From Sphyrna mokarran (taxonomy: Eukaryota): a DNA stretch of 64,000 nt. Position numbers and translations under genes: made by a program. Location: the NCBI GenBank assembly GCA_024679065.1, contig JAGIQG010000013.1, forward strand, positions 23,932,001-23,996,000. Direction: 5' to 3'. Below the pieces are notes generated by a model that searched no databases, was not told the DNA's origin, and worked only from the letters and a program-made list of their open reading frames with translations. This document shows, one piece after another, positions 26,870-40,818 of this stretch. Each line of letters opens with the position of its first letter. The stretch's first letter is position 1.

Positions 26870-27340
26870 CATCCTGCAGAGGGTACAGAGGAGATTAACC
26901 AGGCTATTGCCTGGACTGGATTGCTTCAGAGGCTGGTTATGCTGTGGTTGTTGTCCTTCGAGCAGAGAAGGCTGAGGGGAGGAATGATCGAGGTGTACAA
27001 AAGCATGAGGGACAGAGATACGGTTAATCGGAAGAAATGTTTCTGTTTAGTAGACTGGTCAAAAACTGGAGGTATAGATTCAAGGTAGATTCAGAGGAAA
27101 ACCTTTTTCACTGACAGAGTGGTGGGAATCTGGAACCCACTGTCTGAAAGGACAATAAAGGTAGGAACCTTCACAACATTTGAAAAGCATTTTAGACGAG
27201 CACTTGAAATATCATAGCATACAAGGCAACATCCCAATTGCTGGAAAGTGAGGTTACAATAGGTAGGCAGGTGCTTTATGGACAGCACTAACATGATGGG
27301 CCAAAGCAACACTTCTTGTCCTGTAAGACACTATGACACT
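26870..27340 (+). mobile_element. CR1 LINE 3' fragment
   Basis: LQRVQRRLTRLLPGL; VVGIWNPL. Confidence 0.8.
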
Positions 27341-28123
27341 AACAGCTCGAATACAATTGAATGCATTGTTGGTTGGATCCCTTCCATCAAGTGTTCAGAT
27401 TGTAAATTATGAATGGCTTTATTTTGAGGGGCAATTAACTCGGCCAGTTTTGAGTGTGCATCCAAGACTTAAATTGCTGAATAACTTATTTGGTCAAGGC
27501 CCAATGATCGCCATGCTGAAAGACCAGAATGAGGGCCCTTCTGTTTTCACTTGCTTGACAAGATTTTTCACAGTTGGCTTCCCTCAGTGGGAATAAATAC
27601 CTGTATAGCTTAATAAAATGTAGTTGTTTCAACTATACCCAATTGATGCTAGCACTTGGCTACATATGCATAAGAGTGAGAGAGAGAAAGAGATGCATCT
27701 GTACCTATTTGTAAATGAAAACAGAAAACACAATACAAAATGTATGTGCAAAAGGTCAAGTACATATTTTCACTGACAGAGTGCAGGTAAGTTAATTATC
27801 AAACCCCAAATAAATATTTAGATTACAACTCCGGTGCAATGCAAAGATATATCTAATAGGATTCTTTTTTTCATTTTTAATATCAGCAGAACAGAAAATA
27901 AATATTTCTTGCCTGTGTTCTCCTAATATTAAAAGTTAGCCGTTCGGAAAATCAAGCATGTTGCTTTCATCCAGGCATGAAAATGCATAGCACCTTTGTG
28001 TTTGATTGCAATGCAACCTACAATTGGTGCAGAACACAAGTTGGCCAATTGTCAATTTTGTAATTTCAGTGTAATTGCAGCCTTTTGTTTTTAATACTTT
28101 TGGAATAATTTAGAGATTTCAGA

Positions 28124-28575
28124 GGGGGGATCCTCCGGGCCCATTAACTCCAATCGCAAATTGCGATGGTCCAGAGAATTGGGACTCGGCAGAAAAGCAG
28201 AGTCTTGTGTCGGGTGCCAAACTGGCTTTGATTCTCCCAGACCGTGCTGCTGGCCCCATTTGGATTCCCGGCCACTGATACATATTTAAAATAACATATT
28301 GAAATACAATTCACGGCCTTGCGGCTCAAATCAAATGACCCTCGCTCTTCACCTGCCTCCCCAGCGGAATGTTCAGTGGACATGCTTTGGCACAAGTCCT
28401 CACATCTGGCGTGTTGGATCCTGGCGATTGAGGAAGTACCTCTAGCCCCTCAGCAATGTGAGCCATCCTCCCCCCTCCCCCTCATGCAGACACAAGGTTT
28501 ATACAACTCAACTCTCCACTCAGGCCCCCTCCACATTTCGTACTGGCGTGGGCACTTTGTCCAAATTCAGGAGAA
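28124..28575. repeat. GC-richer shark MITE-like/DNA-transposon remnant
   Basis: Abrupt GC/CpG rise with GGG..TCTCC/GGAGAATC-type ends; similar remnants at ~520-800, 10095-10220, 24515-24800 and 31370-31735. Confidence 0.4.
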
Positions 28576-31104
28576 TCACAGCCTTCGTATAGCAAGTTTA
28601 ATATTAAACTTGACTACACTTTCCTCCAATTTCAATTTTTTACAGCATTTAACTTACTTTGAAGTGTACCACATGGTGTTTCCTAAATGTAGTTTGAATA
28701 CAGTGCAAAGCCCTGAAGATAAAAGACTCCCAATGGCATAGTTTTTAGCTGGATTCATTTTGACGGTTTGATAGCTTTCACATTATTAGTTCCTCAGCTC
28801 CTTATAACCATTGTCCCTTGCACTGCTACTAATTTGTCTATTGCAAACTTGAAATAAAAGGCATAAAGAAATACTCATTTAAAAGAAATTAAAATTCCTG
28901 TCTTTCATGTCAATATTCACTTATTCTCCTTTACTTGAAATTTCCACCAATAAAAGAGCTAAATTTCCCTATCACAGCAAAACAGAATAAATCATACAGT
29001 CCAGCAAAGACTGACCAAGCAGCCATGTTAAATAACATACTAGTAATAGTCTTTAGCTGCACCATTAGTTAATTTCTATCCAGGGAGCAGAACATTATTG
29101 GAGTTGATAAAGCTAAACCGAAATCAATAAAAGATTTTACCAATTTTCACACAATTTTTTTAAGTGCATTGATTATATTGCCCAGTTGGGGTATGTTTGT
29201 TGTGAACAATATATTGGACAATATTCCATAATCTTAGATCAGTCAACACTTCTTTAAAAAAAGAACAAATGTGGTCTATTATCTTTATTTCAAGTTTGCA
29301 ACGAACAAATTAGTAGCAGTGGAAGGGACAATGGTTATAAGGAGCTAAGGAACTGATAATGTGAAAGCTATCAAACCGGATGAGCTGAGTAAAAAGGTGG
29401 GGTTACAGGGATACGGCCTGGGTAGGATAGTTGCCAGTGCAAACTCGATGGGCCAATTGGCCTCCTTCTGCACTGTATGGATTCTATGATTTTATCAAGA
29501 TAGTGTGACATATTGAAGAAATGAAGTTATTCTTAAAATAAGACAACCTGCGCCAAAAATGAAACCTTGGTTTTTAATATAATTTGGCTTTAATTGTGAT
29601 TTATTGTCACTAATGAGAGCCTGACTCGGTCAAAGGCAAAATCCTACAGTATTATAATTCATCTGCAATTACTTATCTCTAAATATAACTAGTTCTTGCA
29701 TTTCACCCATCTTTAAATTAGCAGTTATATTTGCACTGTATGCAGTTACACAAACATTGACACATGCTTTGCAGGAGACACATGATGGATTCATTGGCGC
29801 GTTTCAAAAAGAAGAGAACAAATTGGCTGAAATTGTTCACTCTGAGTTAACAAGGTCTCTGCATGTGTATAAAAGGTATAGCTTAAGCAAAAAATGAAAA
29901 CTTCCTACCATTGCCATATGGTCTTGTACCTTGAAAGGATGGTAGTGCTTATGAAGCATTAAGCTTCAAACAGCTGGGATTGTGTATGTGATTGTTATCA
30001 TAGTCATCTGTCTAATTATACAGGAATGCAGCAAAGTCCATGTTATGTTTTGACAGCTCAGTTCACGGAGTTCCCTTAAGGCTCCCAATTAGACTATGGA
30101 AAGAGGAAATACTTGTAGAAATGATTTTGTGTCAAACAAATAAATTTTTGGAGTCATTACTGCACTTAGTCTCAGTCATATTTGAAATGCTGTTTTCTCG
30201 CACGGGCACCTTTTGAATTTGCAAATGCTATTCAGGATTTTCTGAGACTTGTTGGCAAATGTAGAGAAGGCATGAATGCGCTATTAAAATGCAAACAGCA
30301 GATCATATATAATGTAAGAGAACACCCACGTGAAAGTTGAAAAGATTATTTTGAGATGATTGGCATTGAGATAAAAATCATCTCATATGACATGGTCTTT
30401 TTTATGTTTTGACATTTAGACAAAGATATGCAAATAATTCCCGAATACAATAGTGGCATCTGTGTAATATTGCAACTTCAGACTGTGACAGGTTTTCAGA
30501 AGATACTTTAAGGTATAAATGCTTTTCAAATTTTCCTCAATATAAATCCTGTAATTACTTTGGATACACACTTTGTAAAGGGTGTAGAGATGGATTACAG
30601 ATTTTCAGTGAGAACAAGTGGTTTACAAGTTTAGGACCACTGTCTTTCTTTTAGTAAACCATCCATCCTTGTTTTGAAACCAAGATTCCGGCCGAGGTCG
30701 AAACAAAAATGTTTTAAAAGCCTTTTGCACTGGACAGGAGCGTAAAGAGACATCACTATTCTAGTGATGACTTGAAAACCCCATACTGTTACCATAGGGA
30801 TGATCTGAGCTAAACTTCATCCACAATAGTGCTGAATGCTTTTGATGATCTTTAGAATGGCAAGAATCCAGATGAGTTTCAACAGTGAGATTGCAGTAGA
30901 AAATCTGTTTGAAGATTGACCTTTCAAAATTCTTAAGTGGCGTTTTAATTGTCAAGATTGTGGTGAGTATAACTGAAACCTGTAGACTGGGTGTACAAAT
31001 TGGTTTGTTCACTAATCTGAATTTCTGTCCTGCGAGAAAAAGATAGCTCAAAATAGCCAATGCTGTTGCTACAATGTAAACACTTTAGATTCAAATATTA
31101 TCTC

Positions 31105-31360
31105 TTTATTTAAGTTGCAAGTAGGCTTACATTATCACTGCAATGAAGTTACTGTGAAAATCTCCTAATTGCCACACTCCAGTACCTGTTCGGGTACACT
31201 GAGGGAGAAGGTAGCATGGTCAATGGACCTAACCAACATGTCTTTCAGACTATAGGAGGATACTGGAGCACCCGGAGAAAACCCACGCAGATGCGGGGAG
31301 AATATGCAGACTTCGCACAGGTAGTGGCCCAAGCCGGGTTGGAATCAGGGTTCCTGGTAT
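31105..31360 (-). mobile_element. HE1-type SINE, alternative tail, 5'-truncated
   Basis: caagtaggcttacatt..cactgcaatgaagttactgtgaaaa. Confidence 0.8.
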
Positions 31361-33242
31361 CTTGATAGTGTTCACGGTGACACTGAGAACTGGTCTGCCG
31401 CTGGGGGCTTACGCCAGGGAAGAAGAGAGTGCCTGTGGGCAGTGGGGTGGGGTGAGGCATGGGTGGTGGCATGATGGGGAAAGGGCAGCTCTTAGGGATC
31501 TAAGTGTGGTAATGGTGACTTGCAGATCTTCCTGCACCCTGAACTCCTTAAGTGGTGATTAAGGGGCTTCAACTTGGGTGGGAGTGAGCAAGACTTGCCT
31601 ACCCTTCATAAAATTATGGCAAGATTGTGGGGTGTGGAGGAGAGCAGTGAGAAACATATCTGGAGAGATTTGTAGGCCTCCGCCACCCTGCTTGTAAATC
31701 TTCTGAGGGGAACTGTAAAATTCCATCCTGTTTCTATGTGTACCCTTCATCAGATCTTAAAAATAAGAGATCAGTATTGCTGATATAAAAAAACATGCTC
31801 ATTAAACTTTTTCTCTTGCACTTACCTGGGTAAATTCACAGGAATCCTGATGTTCTAATGGGGTCCTCATTAAATGTGTATCTAAAGCAGATTGATCTAA
31901 AATGAACAATGTGACATGCAATTTTGAGCCAGAAAATTTAAATTCAAAAAAATCCTCGAGCAATTTAACAAATTCTAATTAACTAATCACCAATGATGTC
32001 TGCATGCACGTTAAAAATCAAACACTTACTGAATAATTGATAAGAATGTGTAATCCACAATATTCCTTACTGATTAAAATATTGGTGGAGCATTTGAGAA
32101 TGGTAGTGTTGGCTCATTTTCATCTTTCTGCCTATTACTGTGAGATACCACAGTACACTTCAATTATTTGCCCTTGAGTATTTTTCGAGCATTTTGTAAA
32201 TGTTTTCCAACTTTGAACTGAAGTTCCTCAGACAGATGTTCAGTCATTAATACGGTGAAGCATCTGGAAGATCGGTTAGGAAGTCCACTATTGTGTTATT
32301 AAATCACTATAATTGGCCACATGCATCATGTTAGAGAAACAAGCTACCAATCCTGTATCACAAGATGGAAATTGAATCAATCCATGCGATTGTTTGGTGT
32401 CTTTATTGATCAGAACCTGTAACAAAATAATCATATGTAGTTGCACGCAGTACAATAGATTGGAATGTGGCAAATAAGTTATCAGATTTTAGAAAGATTA
32501 TTTCATTGTGTAAGGTTTATGATGTCGGGCTATCGTACATTGTCTAATATTTGATTACGGAGCAGAACTAATGGTAATTGAACCAGATTATAACCGATAT
32601 CATCTCATTCTCTGACTGAAGTAAGGAGGAAGTGTGACAGTGGGTGGCAGCAATAAGAATTTACATTTCCCCTCCATTCTTTTCCTGTTAAGTGTGAATA
32701 AGGTAAGTGAATAAGGTAAGTGATATTATTCATCAAAACACTGCATGGTTTTAATGCATGAAGAATTCATATTTAAATCTGTGTAATTTTACTTACCATT
32801 TGTCCATTGGTCTGTATTATTGTTGGCTCTTTTATTAAGCTAAAAACAAAGTACAAGTCTCTGCAGTGATCTGGATTCGTTCTTCCTTACAAAGTGATCA
32901 TTTTTCTTGAATGAGCAGTTTTTTTATTAATATCTTCAGTCTAGGACAAAGAGTTAAAGCAAGTTATTTGGGATGGAAGTGAAATGGTGCACTTGCACTA
33001 GAGTGAGACTGCTAGGCCTAGTTTGGAAATCATGTCAGGCTAAAGTTGATTCATACTGAACCTGCCTGGGTACAACCCTAAATTACCAGCCTAGGAAAGA
33101 ATACATGGATATCTGTATGTGTTTTCTCTGTGAGCAGTTATCATTATAAATGTGTATAGAATTGAAGAGGAGAGTCCCAATTTGCCAAATTTATACAGTT
33201 AGGAAGACCAAGCGCTTCTAAACTTCAATGTTAAACAAAAAT

Positions 33243-33536
33243 TAAAGTTTCTTTGTTCGTCACAAGTAGTCAATTGCAATGCAGTTACTGTGAAAATCCT
33301 CTAGTCAGCATACTCTGGCACCTGTTTGGGTACACTGAAGGAGAATTTAGAATGGCCAATCCACCTAACCTGCCCATCTTTGGACTATGGGAGAAAACCG
33401 GAGCACCTGGAGGAAGCCCACGTGGATGCGAGGAGAACGTGAAAACTCCACACAAACAGTAGCACAAGCCAGGAATCGAACCCAGGTCGCTGGTGCTGTG
33501 AGGCAGCAGTGCTAACCAATGTGCCACCGTGCCACC
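33243..33536 (-). mobile_element. HE1-type SINE
   Basis: Full head gcagcagtgctaacc..tgtgccaccgtgcc. Confidence 0.85.
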
Positions 33537-33729
33537 TAATGACATTGGATCAATAATAGAGATGATGCCAAATGGAAATGGTATATGACTTCTTGAAGGG
33601 AACCTCATTGTACTATGCTCAGAAATTGGTTGCTCTGCATGATTAATATTGTATGTCCACTATCAATGCAAGCAAACTGCTTTCCACTGATCTCAAATCC
33701 ATGCCTTATTGAATGCTACAGTGCATAGG

Positions 33730-34018
33730 GGCAGGGCACTGTTGCCTCACAGCACCAGGGACCCAGGTTTGATTCCCAACTTGGGTCACTGTCTGTGCAG
33801 AGTCTGCATATTGTCCCCGTGTCTGTGTGGGTTTTGTCTGGGTGCACCAGTTTCCTCCCACAGTCCAAAGGACATGTTGGTTAGGTGCATTGGCCATGCT
33901 AAGTTCTCCTTTGGTGTACCCAAACAGACGCCAGAGTGTGGTGACTAGGGGATTTTCACAGTAGCTGCATTGAAATGTTAATGTAAATCTACTTGTGACA
34001 CTAATAAACAAACTTTAA
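33730..34018 (+). mobile_element. HE1-type SINE, alternative tail
   Basis: Head-to-head with the previous copy. Confidence 0.85.
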
Positions 34019-34124
34019 ATTTTAAATATAGTGTAGGTACACCCACAATACTGTTAGAGAGGGAGATCCAGGAATTTTATTCAGTGGTACTGACAGTGAA
34101 GAAACAGTGATCTATATTTTCAAC

Positions 34125-34223
34125 CAAAGGAGAAGATGCTGGAAAATCTCAACAGGTCTGGCAGCATCTGTAAGGAGAGAAAAGAGCTGATGTTTTGAGT
34201 CCAAATGACCCTTTGTCAAAACT
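34125..34223 (-). mobile_element. Penelope-like element end with a degenerate hammerhead motif
   Basis: Reverse complement: ttgacaa-agggtcatttggactc-aaaa-catcagc...acagatgctgccagacctg. Confidence 0.65.
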
Positions 34224-34229
34224 CTTGGC

Positions 34230-35102
34230 CAAACCAAATATGCTACAACCAGAAAGAATGTTTTCTATGGTGCATCTGCAAAAGTTGGTGAGAGTTGTAG
34301 CTGACATGTCAAATTTCCTTAATCTTCTGAGAACGTAGAGGCGTGGTGGACTTTCTTAACTATAGTGTTAGGGACCAGGACAGATTGTTGGTGATCTGGA
34401 CACCAAAAAACTTGAAGCTCTCAACCCTTTCTACTTAGTTCCCATTGATGTAGAGAGAGGCATGTTCACTTTACGCTTCCTAAAATTGATGACAATCTCC
34501 TTCATTTTATTGACATTGAGAGAGAGATTATTGTTGCCACTCCAGTTTCCCAGATTTTCTATATCATTCCTGTATTTTGTCTCATCATTGTTTGAGATCC
34601 GACCCACCACGGTGATGTCATCAGCAAATTTGAAAATCAAATTGGAAGGGAATTTGGCCAAACAGTCATAGATGTATAAGGAGTAGAGTAGAGGCTGAAA
34701 ACACAACCTTGTGGGGCAGCAGTGTTGAGGATGAACATGAAGGAGGTGTTGTTGCCTATTCTTACTGATTGTGGTTTGTGAGTTAGCAAGTTCAGGATCC
34801 AGTCACAGATGCCAAGGCCTAGGCGATGGAGTTTTGGAGATGAGTTTTGTGGGAATAATGGTGTTAAAGGCTGAGCTATAATCAATAAATAGGAGTCTGA
34901 CATAGGTGTCAGACAATGATCTTCAATGTTACATCTATAAAAGTTGGGTGAGAGTCATAGCTGACATACTGAATTTCCTTAGCCACCTGAGAAAGTAGAG
35001 GTGTTGGTGGGTTTTCTTAACTATAGCATTGAGACAGGTTGTTGGTTTCTGGACATCTAGAAGCTTGAAGCTCTCAACCATTCCCATTTCATCTTCATTG
35101 CT
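34230..35102 (-). mobile_element. Rex1/Babar-type LINE RT fragment plus a second short copy
   Basis: APQGCV, YDC..KF.SN.IFKFADDITVVGRISNNDE..YR, NNLSLNVNK.KEIVINFRK. Confidence 0.85.
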
Positions 35103-35704
35103 GTCTTCCATCCACTCTGCATTTCTGTCTGAAGATGATTTTAAATGCTTCAGTCTTGCCCTTTGTACCTGCTGGGATCTGCCATCATCAAAGACGTGAA
35201 TGATTGTGAAGGTTTTTCCTCCCACTAATTGTTTAATTATTAGCATTGTTATGACTGAATATGACAGGGTTACAGAGTTTTGATTAAATCCATTGGTTGT
35301 GGGATCACTTTCCTCTGTCTATCATTTTCTGCTTTTGGTGCTTAGTATTTGTGTAGTCCTGTTTTGTAGCTTCACCACATTGGCACCTCATTTTTTTTAG
35401 GCATGCTGGTGTTAATGGCATGTTGATTATTTTGTTAGAATGCATAGGAGAAGAACATTATTTAATTAAGTACTTTGAGCATGTATACATAAAGGACACT
35501 GGACACTCTGTAGGGAGAAACAGCTATGAATCTAAATAAAATCAACAAACTATTTTGCTAGAGAAAAGCTCCATGTTTCATTTTTAACTTTATCAACTAG
35601 CTTGGATTCTATTATCACCTGATTCTGCAAATGGTGTGTTCTCTTACACTCTTCATTGAATCAGGATTTATCCTCTGTTTTCATGGTAATGGTTGTGTGC
35701 AGTT

Positions 35705-36020
35705 ATAGAATCATAGAATACTTGCAGTACAGAAGGAGTTCATTCAACCTATCAAGCCTATACCAAGCACAATTCCACCAGGCCCTAATCCTTAACCCCA
35801 CATATTTACCCTGCTAATCCACCTGACACTAGGGTCAATTTAACATGGCCAACCTAATCCGTACATCTTTGGACTATGGGAAGAAATCTGAACACCCAGA
35901 GGTAACTCATGCAGACAGGGAGAGAACATGCAAACTCTGCACAGGCAGGCCGGATTTGAACCTGGATCCCTGGAGCTGTGAGGCAGCAGTGCTAACCACT
36001 GTGCTACTGTACCACCCCCC
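35705..36020 (-). mobile_element. HE1-type SINE
   Basis: Reverse-complement head, core and tail. Confidence 0.85.
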
Positions 36021-36924
36021 ACCCCCCAGACCATTCCAGACCACGAGGGTACAAATTGTAATGGGATACAATTCTTCCTGTTCTGATTTCAAGATTGGTG
36101 CACAGATGACCAGTTTTAACTAAACACTATCCTTAATATATCCTGTTTATTATTGTGGTAGTACCAGACAATACGATGGAGGCTGACCTAATTGAAAAGA
36201 TGGAATTTTATTTCCAGAAGGACTGTCAGATAGATTTCCCTCTCATATTCCCTTGTACTGCAGACTCAACATGGCAGATACATCCTGCAGAAATTAGCCA
36301 ACTCAGTCAGTAGCAATATTACCAAGCCATTTTTCATGATGGATATTGAAGTTCTCAATTCAAAGAACATTCTGTGCTACTTTTAAGTTGTGTTGAATAT
36401 TGATGAGAATGATTAAATACCTAGGAATTTAGAAAAATGCGAAATAGAAGCAGAAGTAGGCCATTTGGCCTCATGGACCTTCACTGCCATTAAATAATGT
36501 CACGATTAATCTGTTTGTACGTTGCGTTCCACGTTCTTATCTATCTCTGATAACCTAAGTATAATCAACACATTTCTTTGCCTGAGCTTAATCAGTTGCA
36601 ATGTATCTTTAGTGCTGTGGAATTAATGTGAAGAAGTCTGAGGGCTAATCCAATTGTATGACATTGTGCCTTCACCTCTGGTGGATCGTTCCAAGAGTAA
36701 TGATAAAGGAGTCCAGAATATTGATTGAAAGGTATGATTTTGTCTGCATCACTATCAGGCTGTTCCTTAGCTAATTTGTGGGACAATTCTCCCAAATTTT
36801 GGTCCACATTCCCAGGCTTGGGAGAGATCTTTGCACAGTTGACTAGGCTTGGGTTTGCCTTCATCATACCTGATGTTGAGTTTCACTGAGGTTTATTCTG
36901 ATTTTAATTTTTCACTGTAGTTCG

Positions 36925-37225
36925 ATATAACTGAGTGGTTAGCAATGCAATTCCGGAAAAATTAATAGTCAATTATTTTGCTGTGTGTTTGTTGACACGT
37001 GTGACACACGTCAGACCAGGTAAGAATGGCAGATTTCTTTCCATGAAACATATTAACAGATTGGATTTTTAAAAATGAAAATCTAAAAATTTCATAGTCA
37101 TCATTACTGAGATTATCCTTTTACCCAACGTTTATTTAATTAATTTTATTACCACAGCTGCCATAGTGGGATTTAAACCCACATCTCCAGATTGTGAACT
37201 TAAATCTCTCTGTTACTAGTAACAT
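36925..37225 (-). mobile_element. Second SINE family, old copy
   Basis: ctgccatagtgggatttaaaccc B-box region; matches 47745-48090. Confidence 0.6.
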
Positions 37226-38369
37226 CAACCTGGATTTTCATCTTTGAGGTGGGTAGTGGGAATCAGCAAACTTCATGGTTTTTTGCGCACCTGCCTTTGA
37301 AGAAAATATCTATAAAGGTGGGTGGTTGTGGGGGAGGTCACCAGGAAGAGGAAGGGGGGTGGAGGAGGAGAGGAATGGCAGCTGTTTGGATTGCAGTTAG
37401 GCCAACCAATGCAGGAAAATGCTCGGAAACAGCCGTAGGGATTTCAGCCATCAATAAAGAATAAGGTTTACCTGGGAGTCCAAAAATGCATTAGCCCATT
37501 GAAACAGCTGAGCCTCAGGAAAACATTGGTTGGTTGACAACTGTCAATTGCACATTGTTTATTCCCACAAGATTAAGAGGCTTAGAAGTGCTTGCAGTTT
37601 CTGTTACTGATACTATTATTAGCCCTCTAGTAAATTGACTTTTTCTTAAAACAGTGGAAAATCATGAATGAACGATTTACTTGAAGTTATTTCTACACAT
37701 TCTACTGTCACCATAGATTCATTGGTTGACTTAATACGATGGGCCAATGGACACGGAATTGCAATAGCTTGCCATAAGGGGCATGAGAGGCCATGATGGT
37801 GCATAGCCTGGCATATTCGGGGCATGAGGAGAATCTTTTGAACTTACCTTCCAAAAGGTTCCCTCATGCAAACTATTGTATCCGACATATCTGAGATGCC
37901 ATGAACCATGACACTTCAAAAAGTTGGCCCTACCTCATGAAAATTGTGAATGAGTGTGACATATCTATCTCTGCAATTAAACCAGCTAGTTCGGGAGTGT
38001 TGGGTATCAGTCTTTGATCTGAACTAGCCTGCACCTTTAAAACACTCTCTTGAAAATGAGAAAACCCGTGAATGAGGTCAGAACCCTTACAATGGGGACC
38101 AGCCTGCCATTTTTGAAGTGTTCCTGAGACATCCTGACTCATGAAACTCTAGGCCACTTTAAAACATTGTGCCACCATTCCCAATTTGATCTAGGTATAA
38201 TAATTCTAAGCAAAAATATAAAATTATAATCTTGGGTAGATCAAATGTGTTTTTTTTTCATCTTTGGTGCTGACACATTTTTGAATTTCATTTGTGTGTC
38301 TGGCTATGATTTTTTTTCTAATATTGAATTAATTTTGGTAGCATCTGCAAAAATCTAGTTCTAATATAA

Positions 38370-38570
38370 TAGCACAGTGGTTAACACTGCTGCCTCACAG
38401 TGCCAGTGACCTGGCTTGGGTCACTGTGTAGAGTTTGCATATTGTGTGTGGGTTTCCTCTGGGTGCTCTGGTTTCTTCCCAAAATTTGAAAGACATGCTG
38501 GTTAGGGGAATTTCACAGTAACTTCATTGCAATGTTAATATAAGCCTTACTTGTGACTAATAAATAAACT
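38370..38570 (+). mobile_element. HE1-type SINE, internally deleted
   Basis: Head plus alternative tail. Confidence 0.8.
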
Positions 38571-39257
38571 CTCATCTAAATATACATGCATTTAATTCTT
38601 TAGCAGGTTTTAATGAATCTTTTATTATGTTTTGTGTCTGCCATTGTCACCCATTACACCATAGTTAAGGGTCAAGCATGATGTTTGCTCCCGGCCTCTA
38701 CCAACAAAAATAATACATAAAATAATAACACATTGGACCAGCTTGCCTTATTTTTCCACAGGAACTAATATGATCTACCTTGTTGATGAATTTTTAATAC
38801 ACATTCATATTTTCAGAGAAAGGTTCTACATAAATATGCATAGACTCCAAAATAGTAAACAAGCAAAGCTTAGGAATATTTATTTATTCACTTCAGGTTT
38901 GCTAACCCATACAAACTTCAGGCTCAGCCACACAGGAACTATTGTGTTCCCCAGATTTAATTAGTTTGGTGGAAACCTATCTCTATCAATTCGAACCCTG
39001 TCTCCAATGGAACAAACAGCCAGCTCTTGTCTACTGAGATAATAGCCTTGGTATTGATTGCTTTGTACCATGAATATACTACTATGAATGAAAACTCCTA
39101 ATTTCTTCCAGTGGCTAAATTTGTTTGTGGCTTTTAATCTTAGATTTGCATCATTTAATTCTGTAGCTCAAGTCAAATAAACTTATGCATGTTATCTGTT
39201 AGCATCTCCCATCCTCTCCATTATTTTTTCTCCAAGTTCAGTTCTGTAAAATTTCTA

Positions 39258-39552
39258 TTTTATTTATTAGTATCACAAGTAAGCTTACATTCACTCTGCA
39301 ATGATGTTACTATGAAAATCACCTACTCACCACACTCTGGTGCTATTCAAATACACTGAGGGAGAATTTAGCATGCCAATGCACCTACCTAACTAGCACA
39401 TCTCTCAGACTGTAGGGGGAAACTGGAGCACCTGGAGAAAACCCACACAGACATGGGGAGAACATGCAGACTCTTCACAGTGACACAAGCGGAGAATCGA
39501 ACCCGGGTCCCTGGCGCTGTGAGGCAGCAATGCTGACTACTGTGCCACCCCT
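39258..39552 (-). mobile_element. HE1-type SINE, alternative tail
   Basis: Reverse-complement head, core and tail. Confidence 0.85.
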
Positions 39553-40596
39553 TTAACTTAAAAGACCTAACTCCCAGAATTGTCTTGATTTTTTTGAAAC
39601 AACTCTCACAAAGCAGTGAACTTCTATTCGGCCATTGGAAGGGAGTCCTAGAATCCCTCCAAGAGCAGTGACTGCTCTTGGAGCCTTTGAAGGAACTGCC
39701 CGCAGGAAACACAGCATATGCTTTAGTCAGTCACAAACCAATGTGGCAAACAGGCCTGAAACCGGCGTCAGACAACTTTTGTTAAGCACTCTTTATTCTG
39801 GAGGAAGCACAATAGAGGATTAAACTGTCACATCTGTTAATGGAGAAATATTGCAGAACTAGGAAGGCTTGAACTATACTGCCTATTAGGAAGTTGATCC
39901 GCCTGAGATTGTCTCTGACGGAGAGTGAGGAATTTCACACTATTCGGCTTCAGACTGGGATCTGACTTGAGCCAAATTTCCACCTTCGTGGCAATGCACT
40001 CTTGAAACTGTGCATGTGGTTTTTAATGGCAGGTTTGTAAAGTGAACCTACCACTAAAAGCCGCAAGTACTAGCTGTACAACAAGATAAATACGCATCAC
40101 CCTCACCACATTCTTCACTGCATTGCACTGAAGATATAAGGATAATCGATTCTGAGGTACAATCACCATGCACCCATAGCTGTGTTGACATTTTTAATAT
40201 CATAGAAACGCCTTCAGTTGCAATCTTAACGCTGTTCTATTATAATTTTATTTGTTGCATGTCTTCATAGGCAAGAACCTATTGCTAATATATGTACAAA
40301 TACATATTCCAGTGGTAACCAAGCTTTCCAACATAAACGATACTTTAAAAATTTTTTAAAAAACCTTCCAGTTGGTCACTGTATCACCAATTACTGACTA
40401 TCCCATTTAGACTTGCCAATTTCTAAGGCTGCTCGTAAAGGGTCAGAGCGAGCAGAATATACGGCTCATATACACCTGCTCTGCCACTCCCAACAGTCAT
40501 GATGTAAAGATGCCGGCGTTGGATTGGGGTGGTAAGAACTCAGCAAGAATTTAGCAACACCAATTTTTAATCCAACCGATGTATTTGATAGTAAAA

Positions 40597-40634
40597 TTGC
40601 GAGCTTTCAACACTCTTGTGTCTTCCTCAGGCAA
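40597..40634 (-). ncRNA. Mirror copy of the minimal hammerhead motif
   Basis: Exact reverse complement of 40781-40818. Confidence 0.7.
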
Positions 40635-40780
40635 ATGCAGTGTTCTGGTCTGCAATAGCACACATCAGCACATTCAGTCAGAGATTGCTGATTAGATCGC
40701 ATTCTAATCAGATCGCATTCTAATCAGCAATCTCTGACTGTCTGTGCTGATGTGTGCTATTGCAGACCAGAACACTGCAT

Positions 40781-40818
40781 TTGCCTGAGGAAGACACAAG
40801 AGTGTTGAAAGCTCGCAA
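40781..40818 (+). ncRNA. Minimal type I hammerhead ribozyme motif (Penelope-type)
   Basis: ttgc-CTGAGGA-a-gacac(aaga)gtgtt-GAAA-gctc-gcaa: stem I ttgc/gcaa, catalytic boxes, stem II, palindromic AGCT stem III, UC cleavage site. Confidence 0.7.

Noticed and set aside
32380-32440. Minus-strand acceptor (ttttgttacag) as VGLL3 exon 4
   Set aside because: In the required phase it gives only GSDQ*, with no similarity to the family C-terminus.
33243-34018. Head-to-head SINE pair as a functional inverted repeat
   Set aside because: Diverged copies of a very abundant family; such pairs are expected by chance at this density.
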